From Octopus sinensis (lineage: Eukaryota), in NCBI RefSeq assembly GCF_006345805.1, contig NC_043014.1:18414001-18478000 (forward strand): DNA of 64,000 bases. Direction: 5' to 3'. Of the stretch, positions 26,607 through 37,418 are shown piece after piece. Positions within the stretch are counted from its first letter, which is position 1; each line of letters starts with the position of its first letter. The notes beneath the pieces were generated by a model, which saw only the letters and a list, made by a program, of their open reading frames with translations, searched no databases and was not told the origin of the DNA. The translations under genes were made by a program, and so were the position numbers.

Positions 26607-27068
26607 TTACGTTGCCCGGCCGACCAGCGCTTTTGCTTCACCGAGGCAATCGTTCTTCGTCAGGTTTTTATATACCGGTATAAATTGAAATGAGTCCTCC
26701 GGGAAGGAATACGCGATCCTGCACAGATCGTTATTGAGTAGGACCTCCGCAGCCAGCTGCGAAGGCCACTCCGGGTCCTCCGTGCAGGACCGAAGTCCCT
26801 CCCATTGGCCTCTCTTTCTCATTTTACGTATTTCCTTTTCTAATGTTCCTCCTTTGTAGTAGAGGACTACATATTGTTTCTCCGGCGGCACGCCCGCCGG
26901 AGGAGACCTGGGAGACGCCGTCTGCGTGTTACAATCCGCCGCCGGCGTCCCGTTTCTCTTCTTCCTTTTTCTTTTTACCTTGGGCCACGGGAGGTTGAGG
27001 TTCCGGTGTTGTACACACCGGGTCCTCTTTTTCTCCCGCAGCTTCCGGTTCTTTTGGTGGGTCGCCAT
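26607..27068 (-). CDS. Copy B second ORF (ORF-X, 153 aa from ATG, overlaps the ORF1 end in the +1 frame)
   Basis: Uninterrupted ORF with GAAATGG start context; C-terminal half homologous to copy A ORF-X. Confidence 0.6.
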   Translation of the reverse strand: MATHQKNRKLREKKRTRCVQHRNLNLPWPKVKRKRKKRNGTPAADCNTQTASPRSPPAGVPPEKQYVVLYYKGGTLEKEIRKMRKRGQWEGLRSCTEDPEWPSQLAAEVLLNNDLCRIAYSFPEDSFQFIPVYKNLTKNDCLGEAKALVGRAT

Positions 27069-27797
27069 TTCTCCCCACTTTTCTTTTTCTTTTTGTTGAG
27101 GAAGTCACCGCTTCCTCGCTTTGTTTCTCTCCCTCCATTGGGGGGGGCAGGGAGAGGCTCCAACATCAACTGCTCCAGGATCCTACTCTGGTCCCTGGGG
27201 CAGTTCGTCTTAATATGGCCGGTCTCCAGGCACAGGTGACACTTGGGGGGGGGGTCCCTCAAGCATCACCGGATACCTGTACCCGGCCATCCTCAAAAAG
27301 TCCGGTAAAACCAGGCTTTTGGCTGACTGGGTCCATAGGGTCAAAACAGCTTTTGACCCCTCCCAATCAGCCGCAGGCTGCACTTTTACGTTCAGTAGCT
27401 TGGAACTGCTACCATCTAAGCCCCGGCGGATAGAGTCCTCTATACACTCGGGGTCAATGCCTGGTGGTAATCCGCAGGTCCAAGCTCTCAACAGTTTTTC
27501 TCCCATATAATTGGGGAGAAACAATATTTCTTCGCCCTCGATAGGCTGGCTTGCAAATTTGCAAGCTGCTTTAGGGGAGTCAAATAGCAACCAAACCGTT
27601 GCGTATTTAACTCCCCGAGCGATATATTTAACGGCTGGCATCTAGTCTGCCAGCTCGTTTAAAATAGTAGCCTTTGGGAAGACTGCTATGGTGTCGAGCG
27701 ACTTCGAGTATGTCCTCAACACCACGGTCTTCCTTTCCAGCTCTTTGAAATATTTTTTGGGAGGTGTTAGGTCCCACACAATAGGTTCCTTTGCCAT
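26929..27797 (-). pseudogene. Copy B ORF1-like gene (Tx1/L1-type: RRM-like region, CX2CX4HX4C knuckle at 27200-27241, E/K/P-rich tail), ~288 aa when repaired
   Basis: MAKEPIVWDLTPPKK...ELAD*MPAVKY...EGPPP(fs)KCHLCLETGHIKTNCP...(fs)...KKKKEEEKRDAGGGL*. TAG at 27642-27644 and +1 slips in G10 (27245-27254) and G8 (27140-27147). Confidence 0.82.
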
Positions 27798-28350
27798 AAC
27801 GTAAAGTTCAAAAACAGTTCAAACAAAAATAAAATAGGTCACAAAAAGGAGAATGGAAAACACAACAGAAGGGAAGAAATGAAAATAGAAGTTCAAAAAA
27901 AGTTCTTTTTTTTAAAAATAACGATAGCTGGAAGAAGAGTTCAAATTCAGCAAAGGAATTAATTATTTTGGCCGAAAAGGTACTCCTGGCCAAACGTTCA
28001 ACAGTCTTTAGTGCTTCCTGGTAAATCCCAATGAAATCAGTCCTTGGTTGTCGTTAGTAATCTCCTCGAAAGCAAATCATTTTTGAGGAAGGGCTGCGCC
28101 TCCTCAAAAAACACAATTCTCACTGCAAAGTGAGTCTTTACACTCGACTACAGGCAGAAAAATTGTCCGGAGCAAAGTGTAGTCTATTACTTGCTAAAAA
28201 TATTAAATTCAAAGCAATAAACTTCACTAGGCCCCTAAATAAAATTCAACAAATGCCTACTTGTAGTCGAGTCTCAAAAGTTCAACATTTCACGTTGAAA
28301 CACGTGACAACTGGAGCAGCCAAAAAACACGTCTGAACACGTCAGAGGTT

Positions 28351-28384
28351 AGCAAGCTACTTACCACACAGCCACTCCGGCGCC
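28351..28384 (-). mobile_element. CORE-SINE head (A box) of the split copy, including TSD copy 3 (28351-28362)
   Basis: Minus strand GGCGCCGGAGTGGCTGTGTGGTAAGTAGCTTGCT matches the head of the intact copy at 29701 and continues seamlessly into 24341 downward once the insert is removed. Confidence 0.93.
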
Positions 28385-29208
28385 GTTCTATATATCTATA
28401 TATTATATAATATATATATAATAACTATATATATTATATTATATTATATCATATTATATTATATTTATATATTATATTATATTATATTATATTATATTAT
28501 TATATATATATATATATATATATATTGACTTCGGGCAGTAACTAATGTCTGTCTGAGGTCAACCGCGCCAGCCTGCAAACAGTTCAGATTTCAGTTTCAA
28601 AACAACTCACCTCTGAAACCTAACTATGTACTGGGGGTCGATTCACTCGACTACAAATTTTTTAAAGTGTTGCCTGAAACAAGTAAAGGATAAAAGATCA
28701 ATAAAACACACACACGCGCGCGCGCGAACACACACACATTATATATGTTTATTTTGATTGGCAGATTGAAAGAAAATTAAATTGAAATATTTTGAGACTT
28801 CGCCAGAGGCAAATCCTTAACTGATTGTCAACTAAACTCTTTCGAATTTTGCATGAAATAATAAAAACCAAACGTTAACAAATATTTGTTACAACTACAT
28901 GCAGAGGCCATATAGTCTTCTCTAAATGAACTGAAAATTAAAGTACTATACATACATACATATATACATACATACATACGTACATAAGCATTTGCATACA
29001 TGTAGACATACATAGACACACACATATGTCCATGCGCGCCCGCGTGTGTGTAGAAATAATTGTATTTATGTCGATTTGTAAATTGAAGAATTACACAATT
29101 CTTTTAGTAGGGTATATATTTATACTTTTACGAGAACTGGGATGAGGGTGACTACAATATATGGCTTAGCTAGCCTTTGTGAGCCTGTCCGGCGAAGGCT
29201 ACCAGTCC

Positions 29209-29254
<46 letters not shown>

Positions 29255-29289
29255 GTGTGTATATAAATGTACATACATACATACATACA

Positions 29290-29373
<84 letters not shown>

Positions 29374-29560
29374 TAAACACATCTATCTATCTATCTATCT
29401 CTATATATATATATATAATTAAGGATAACCTCTTAATAAGGAATTTTAACAAGAAATTATCAGGTAGATAGCGTGAAAAATCTCATAAGAGAAAAGAATT
29501 CGAAATTAATTTTTTTCTCTTTGAACATATTAATTATTTTATATTGTATAGAGGGCATTA

Positions 29561-29625
<65 letters not shown>

Positions 29626-29700
29626 TATATATATACACATATGCATATATATATGTATGTATAGATATGTAAGTATGTATTTATACAGTTACAAACATAG

Positions 29701-29868
29701 GGGCAGGAGTGGCTGTGTGGTAAGTAGCTTGCTTACCAACCACATGGTTCCGGGTTCATTCCACTGCGTGGAACCTTGGGCAAGTGTCTTCTACTATTGC
29801 CTCGGGCCGACCAGAGCCTTGTGATTAGATTGGCAGACAGAAACTGAATGAAGCCTGTCATATATATG

Positions 29869-29945
<77 letters not shown>

Positions 29946-30152
29946 TTGTGTGTCTATGTTTGTCCCCCCCCAACATCGCTTGACAACCGATCGTGGTATG
30001 TTTACTTCCCCGTAAATTAGCGGTTCGGCAAAGAGACCGATAGAATAAGTACTAGGCTTTTAAAGAATAAATCCTGGTGTCAATTTGCTTGACTAAAGGC
30101 AGTGATCCAGCACGACCGCAGTCAAATCACTAAAACAAGTAAAAGAGAGTAA
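29701..30152 (+). mobile_element. Full-length CORE-SINE with an intact empty target AAGTAGCTTGCT (29722-29733)
   Basis: Head, A/B boxes, CCTTGGGCAAGTGTCTT core, internal TA/TG array, 3' tail. Confidence 0.93.
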
Positions 30153-31049
30153 AGAGATTAATACATTCATGTATACATATGTACATATGTATATATTTAT
30201 AAGTACATATCTGATAATGATGGTTGTCCATTAGTGACCGAAGATTACCTCTTTGGCTATTGCTACCTGTTGGCTTCACCCGTGTTCGCGTCCGAATTTT
30301 CCATGCTTGCCGCGTTGTCTTACTTGACCGGGCATCGGACACCTCACCGGCGAGTGTGCAACTTAAAGATCTCAGTCTAGTAAGGCCTGCACAGCACTTG
30401 GCAGACAATCTCCACCCTATTGACATAATCCAGAGACAAGACTGAGTAAGATACCCAGTGTTAGTATGGGTCACAGGCACAGAAACATCTCCCCAAAGTG
30501 TTCAATGTCATTCTATGCATATTTGGTTTTATATCTGAATGAACTACTCCCAGAGACATGCTTTAGCAGAAACCTGGTAAATATGTTTTACGAACATAAC
30601 TAGTAACACTATTTATAATATTGGTTTCAAATTTTAGGACAAGGCCAGACTCGTATTTTATCGACACCGAAAGGTTGAAAGGCAAAGTCGACCTCGAAAA
30701 GTCGACCCGAAAATTTGAAAGGGAAAGCTGAACTTAGAACGTGAAGACGGGAGAAATGATGCTAATCATTTAATTAACTCTATCAACAACTGATCAACAC
30801 TTATATAAGCATTTTGAGCTTTTCATAAGTAATAAAACATTCTTAAATAGAGAAGAAGTAATCGAAGTATTCGGACAGTTTATCACAGCAAATGAATTTT
30901 TTTAAAGCTGAAATATATGACATAGAGAAACGTTGGACAAACGTCATAAATGAACGGATTGAACCAGTAGAATACCTTGGATTATACAATCTCTAATGAG
31001 GACTTCACTGCATCGAATTTACTACACACACACACACACACACACGCAA

Positions 31050-31096
<47 letters not shown>

Positions 31097-31189
31097 ATAG
31101 TAATGGTAAGACAAGAAAAGAATGAAAGACACCTCGATATTATGTAAATAGAGGAATTTATCTGTAATATATTATATTACAGATATATC

Positions 31190-31810
31190 AGGGGATTAGG
31201 GAGGATGTTGCAAAATCTCATACTTCGGGCTTTGCAACTTTTGGACCGGAGCTTGGGGAGTGTGAGGACGTGCATTGTCATGGAGTAAAATTGGGCCATC
31301 TCTATTCATTAGTGTGGGTAGTTTCTTTTTATAATTCACATGCATACAATCAATTTCCTGGCAATACGATGTTGCTGTTACCATTTTCCCTTGCTGCAGT
31401 GATGAATAATGAATAACTCAGTTTCGCAGACCACCACAAAGTGACCACTAACTTTCTAGGGTGCAATAGTAGATTTGGATAGTATTTAGCTGACTCTCCT
31501 GCATCTAATCACTGTCCTGTCCTCCTGCTGTTGTCAAAGAGTATCCATTCCTCATCAGAAGTAATGACTTGATGCAAAAATCCGTTGGCGAAACTGTTTC
31601 GCCATGGGCTCTTAGGAGCATAGTTCGATTTGTTTTTGCTCCGCCTCTGTTCTGTTTTTGTTTTTCCAACGGATTTCCTATTTTCTTCCTGAAGAGAAAG
31701 ACACAATATGGTCCCATTATTCAATCGGATTTTGGTAATTTGTGCCTTTCGAAACACGTGTAGAATGAAATAAAACGATTTCTGTTCAATCTGCGTTCAG
31801 CTCCATTTCT
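31190..31810 (-). pseudogene. Mariner transposase remnant
   Basis: FLHQVITSDEEWILFDN and GPILLHDNARPH...KLQSPKYEILQHPP motifs in shifted frames. Confidence 0.85.
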
Positions 31811-31827
31811 TCAATTCACCAATAATG

Positions 31828-31864
<37 letters not shown>

Positions 31865-32118
31865 AGATAAATAAAAATATATATATATATATATATAAAA
31901 ATACATATATATATAGGAGATAAATAAAAATATATATATATATATAAAAATATATGCATACATACAAACATATATGTACGTACCTACATCTACATGTATA
32001 TATACATGCATATATAAATAATTATACGGGAGTACAGGACATCACAATAAGACGTAGAAACAGAAAAGACCAAAAAACAAAAAACAAGAAAACGGAAAAC
32101 GAAAAACAAGAAAACGAG

Positions 32119-32208
<90 letters not shown>

Positions 32209-34310
32209 TATATGTGTGTGTGTGTATATATATATATATTGTGCTTATATATGTGTGTATATTTATGTATTTATTGTTAACAAAGTATGTCATATTAACT
32301 AATTACTTGTTTTGAAATGATGACCATGACCATCGAACAGTCTGATCATATGTAATTGTATGTTACATTGGCCATGAAATACATTTTTGACGAGAATTCA
32401 ATGTGTTTAATTTTAGCAAATAGTTGTAGCTGCAACATTCTATAATTTTCGTTGTGAGTATGAAGTTAAATCTTAATTCAACAATCCTCAGATTAATAAT
32501 CTATGGAGATTATCTTGTTATCAAACAAATCTCTGAATCCTTGTATCGTGTTATATCATCTTAACTGGAGAATTTGGTTCTCGTCTTTCGTGTTTCCGAT
32601 TCTTTCGTCTTCCCTCTCGCTCATTTCTTTTCTCACGTATAATTACTTGCAGGTACACTCACACAACTATAAGCTCGTACATTGATATTTGTGCATGCAT
32701 ACAATCATTTGAGCGCACACGCATCCTCAGATTTATGTATCAACATATATAAGAAAAAAAATTAGACACATTGGCGTATATACACGCACACACATATAAA
32801 ACAGATACATACCTACACAGACACAGACACACACGTGCGCTCGCTTTACTATCTGTGCATGTCATGTGTGTGTGTATAAATGTATTATTTTAAACGTATG
32901 GATTCTTGTTCTTGGTCCTTGATTGTTATATTATTTTGGGGAAACTTTTCTGTTGCCTCTTAAACTTCCATGGTCAGTTTGACCTTTTCGTTGTCCTCCC
33001 TCTCATTGTCTTTATCACAATTTTGGATAAGTGAGCCGTGAATATCTCAACATCTTATGAAACATAACACCATATTGTTTCATACTTTGTCAGTATAATC
33101 TTCACAAAGGCTCTGACTATCTTTCTTGTTAGGGTGGATATTATCCAACCCGTCTTTATTGTTATTTTCTGGATTTTTCCGCCAGTCTAACTTTTACATG
33201 TATAAACGCAAGTCTTTGAGCCAGTGCAGCAATTGGTGGTTGTCCTTCTGCTTTTTCGTTCTCAACTTCTTAGTCATTGACCTCCTGTTCAGCTTCCTGT
33301 TCATTGGTTCCCGGGATCGAGGACTAGGGACACCTGAATCTGTAGCCTTATGTATAACAAACAGAATTCCTGCCCAATGCCACCAATATGGCGGCCTTTG
33401 TTGCTGAACCTACGATGAGGCATATATTCAATTTTATTTATCTCAATGCACAAACTCCACCAGTATTGTGCCACAAATGTGTGACAACGAGACTGGGAGC
33501 AACTACGTGCCGCTCTTCCTGAATGTGACTCTGTTACTCTACCGAATTTTATGATTGTAATGTGCATTAACTTGTCCAGTGGTTTCAATTCTACCACAAT
33601 TTTAATGACCAGACACGTATTCACACATGCCTAACTTCATCAATAAAAGAGACACTCTATTAGTGTCCCCTTAAACAGTTCTATTAATAACAGCAGGACA
33701 TATCTTTGTGCGAGAAGCAAAGGTACGTTACCTTCTTTCTTGTTATTTTTTTTTAGAAATGTAAGGACACGTTTGTTTTGTGACAAACCAACACAGCGTT
33801 GTTTAATTACCATCGACAACTTAGTATCTATCTGTTGTCTTTGGCAACTAATACGAGCAAAAGTAACACTGCAAACACTTTTGTTTCCGTTATGTTAATT
33901 AATGTTTTCCCTTATTATACTTGTATTATTTTTTCCTATTTGACAAAGCACACACGCGCGCGCGCGCAATAACTCTTAGTTTCTAATTTTCAGTGCTCAG
34001 AGTCAGTCGTTTTCAAACATCGAAAGGAAAGTGAGTTCGCTTTTCTTTTGAAATATTGAAATATTCAGTTTGTATGTTTTTGAAATATGAAAGTGTGAAG
34101 AAAACTCTTATCTTTATGTTTTTGTCTTTTAGTTAAAAATCATTGTGAATAACACGTAGAAAACGACTGCTTCAAGCACACTTTTTTGACTTTATTTTTG
34201 GTTTTCGTAGTAATGTTACAAACTCCATACGAGCGAAGTCATGAAATTGCTTTGTTGTTTAAACAATGTTTTAAAGTAACATTTCTAAGTAATACTTTTA
34301 ATTAATGTTT

Positions 34311-34453
34311 TTAAAAGCAAGAAGTGTGTGCGGTTCTGTATTTAAGAGATGAGAAATTATGTACATTATTTATATTATTTACATTTGATAGATATTTTGT
34401 TCTCATCTTGATTGTTGTTAACACAACGTTTCGGCTGATATATCCTCCAGCCT

Positions 34454-34514
<61 letters not shown>

Positions 34515-34640
34515 CATTATTATTATTATTCGAAATTTCCCCAAGACATCTGATGAAGGCTGGAGGGTATATCAACCGAAACGTTGTGTTAACAACAAAC
34601 AAGATGAGGACAAATATCCGTCAAATGTAAATAACGTAAG
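34311..34640. mobile_element. Inverted pair of Penelope-type terminal repeats around an (ATT)n spacer
   Basis: 34371-34457 is the near-reverse complement of 34553-34638 (ATGAAGGCTGGAGG.TATATCA.CCGAAACGTTGTGTTAACAAC...CAAATGTAAATAA). Confidence 0.75.
34545..34590 (+). ncRNA. Minimal hammerhead ribozyme motif (PLE type, palindromic helix III)
   Basis: GACAT-CTGATGA-A-GGCTG(loop)CAACC-GAAA-CGTT-GTGTT: intact CUGAUGA/GAAA core, helix I GACAU/GUGUU, helix II with one mismatch, ACGT self-complementary helix III. Confidence 0.65.
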
Positions 34641-36279
34641 AAGTGTGTATGCGGATGTTCATTTTGCATGCACCCGTGACGCCGCATATTTATACACGTA
34701 AGAATACTCGTACAGACACAAATATCCACAAATAGGCACGCGTCCATGTACACATTAGCATATGTACACATACGCAAACATAGACATCTACGTACACATA
34801 TTAAAACATATATCAATAAAACATATTTCGAAAGCAAAGATGGTTGTATTTACAAAAAGAAACTCAGTCGCGTGTATACAAGGCGCTAAGCGCTCAGTTC
34901 TCTTGTACAATCTGCTACTGCTTTGAGTCAAAATTCAAATTTTTTTTGTTCAAGCAAAGGTCACGCAGCACCTTTGATTTGAAGCTCCCCTTCCTGTATG
35001 GTTGGGCAATATCTACAACATAGCGGGTAGAGCAGGTAATTTTGATTTCCCGTAGACTTGTCTCACATAAAACAACATAAAAAAATAGCCAAAGAGTTAA
35101 TATTTCAAACGAAAAAGCAGGCTCGGTTTATCAACTATTGATCGGAAACTAGTAACTCTGAGCACTGGAAACTGGATCCTTTCATTTACAATGTATAAAG
35201 AATACTCTGCTTTTGTTTCGAGCCGTATAATTTATCGCTTCTAGTATATTCATCCATACATATCTTAGTGTGTATGTGTGTGTGTAATAATATGCCAAGG
35301 GAACGCGTGTCTATGAAGTGTTCAGCGTTTTGCACGTTAATTTAACGTGAAGGCTGTTCTGTCAATTGGATCAATAGTAGCACTGGTCATCATAACTGAC
35401 GGCGGAGTTCCATGATGAGAAAAAGAATATACACATATTTTTTCCATTGAATTTCCATTTCAAATATTTTTCGTAGAACACTTTGTGTTTAATTCAAAGT
35501 ACATTTGCCTGAGGGCACTTTTCACCACTCGAAAAGGTGAGGCGACATAGAAATTAAATGTAAACACTAAAAATTAATTATGTGTCTAAAATATATATAT
35601 TTTTTTTATTAACTCTATTAGTATGATTTTTCAATATTACACTAAGTAATATATAGTTTATTTCAAATCACTTCTTTTAGTTCAATTTCGTATGCGGGAA
35701 ACAGTATAATTAAAGACCAGAGCTAATGTCTAGACTAAAGCACTTCCTAACTTGGTGAATATCAATCTTATCCGTCACTTCTGCGGTTATTTCCTTGTTG
35801 CCTTCTTTATTTTTATGTATAGATTGCATTTCTTTAATTCCACTTCTTTTTTTCTTTGCTAACGTACTTTGTTTTTCCTTCTTTCTCACATTCAATCTAA
35901 GCTATTTATTCACCCTCACACAGATATCAATTACTGGTAGTGAGAAGACCAATTTACGATGGAAACGGGTGAATGAGTCTAAGAAACCAGTCGTTAATAG
36001 AGGAACAAAGTGAGCTCTACTTCCTGAAGTATTGTGAGAAGCGTTATACTTATGGCTAGAACCGTAATTCGCATACACACACAGTTTTGTGTGTGTACAT
36101 GTTAATATAGACACACATAAACACACGTATGTATGCACACGCTTTCGTCCATATGTATGGTTCCTTAATTTAAAAAACAATTAATAATGTGTGTACACAA
36201 ATATATGTACGTATATATGTATGTATATATGTATACATGCATATATATGTGTATATATACATACATATATACGTATCTA

Positions 36280-36312
<33 letters not shown>

Positions 36313-36319
36313 TTATCTA

Positions 36320-36378
<59 letters not shown>

Positions 36379-36427
36379 GTCTGTCTGTCTGTCTGTCTGA
36401 CTGTCTGTCTGTCTGTCTATCTTTCTT

Positions 36428-36483
<56 letters not shown>

Positions 36484-36510
36484 CATCTTTTTATCTGCTT
36501 ATGTATGTAT

Positions 36511-37418
36511 ACCAATATTCAATTTATATCAAGATTTCTTGCCAATATAGAAAGAACCGGTTTCTGAACTAGATCCAAGGCTCCTTCATTGGAATTTCAA
36601 CATCAACAACATGGTATTTTTGTTTGTTTGTTTGTATGTATGTATGTATGTGCAGATTTGTATGTTTTATATATGCATTGTCATGCATATAGGTACACAT
36701 CTAGATGTGCTCTTATATATCTAAATAATAAACTTCTGGAAAGTTTTAAAGATTTTTCAGTTCCAGTGATAGATTGTATCTGTAGTCTTCGAATTAGCGT
36801 CCTCCTTTCTGGTTTTGAGAAAACTAATTTCTCAAGAATGGTATTCAGGCAGTGTGTTACATATCCCAGGGTCCCAATAATTACAGGTATAAACCTGAAC
36901 TTGTAATCTGGATAAAGTAACTGCAGATTTCTCAATAGTTCGGCATAGGTGTTCTCTTTTTCACTGTTCTTCAGCTTTATGTTAACATCCACTGGGCAGC
37001 TAATTTCCACAACTGTGCACAGTTTCTCTTCTCTATCCCAAATCATTATATCAGGTCTGTCGTGCTTACATTTTATTGAGGTCTTCATTGGTATATTCCA
37101 TCGGTATTCCTTTTCATTATGAGTATCTATGGCTTCTACCATATTGTGGGTTTTTATTTCTTCGTCTTCGGGATTATTCTTCCGACATATTTCATTATAG
37201 AGTATCCTAGCTACAAAGTTATGTTTCATCGGTAGATAATACCGTGATGACATTTTTGGACAACTGCTTATGAAGAGGGTGATATCTTCAGTATGAAGCC
37301 CACAAAGTCTTCATCGGTTGTCACACTTTACAGATTTTCCCGCATCTCTATCCTTTTTGTGCATCAGGTACTTGGTTGATATTTTCCGTTCCTTGATTGC
37401 AAACGCATACTCTTCAAG
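36511..37418 (-). mobile_element. 5'-truncated REL-endonuclease non-LTR retrotransposon (R4/Dong-like) with 3' UTR
   Basis: EEYAFAIKE..ISTKYL...KCDNR*RLCG..EDITLFISSCPKMSSRYYLP.KHNFVA (decayed CCHC), then RPDIMIWDREEKLCTVVEISCP (PD-(D/E)xK type); ORF 36681-37253. Confidence 0.88.

Larger units (their letters stand above)
26386..28350 (-). mobile_element. Non-autonomous RT-less retroelement, copy B (1965 bp)
   Basis: Same architecture as copy A; bounded by TSDs 26374-26385 and 28351-28362. Confidence 0.85.

Noticed and set aside
26929-27000. Programmed -1 frameshift at the A-rich run linking ORF1 and ORF-X
   Set aside because: ORF-X is in the +1 frame in both copies. The AAG|GTAAAA donor in B has no phase-compatible nearby acceptor and is absent in A.
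24354-28350. A/B as a simple tandem segmental duplication
   Set aside because: The proteins are only ~62% identical, the UTRs are largely unalignable, and three TSD copies mark separate insertions.
24354-28350. A/B as an LTR-element Gag relic, a DNA transposon or a host retrogene
   Set aside because: No LTRs, PBS, TIRs or transposase, and no poly(A) tail. The knuckle context (EGPPPKC..C) and the GLPP motif fit a non-LTR ORF1 better, though this needs a profile search.
29701-29780. tRNA genes (this and the other SINE heads)
   Set aside because: A/B boxes are present, but there is no closable acceptor stem and the sequence continues into the SINE core.
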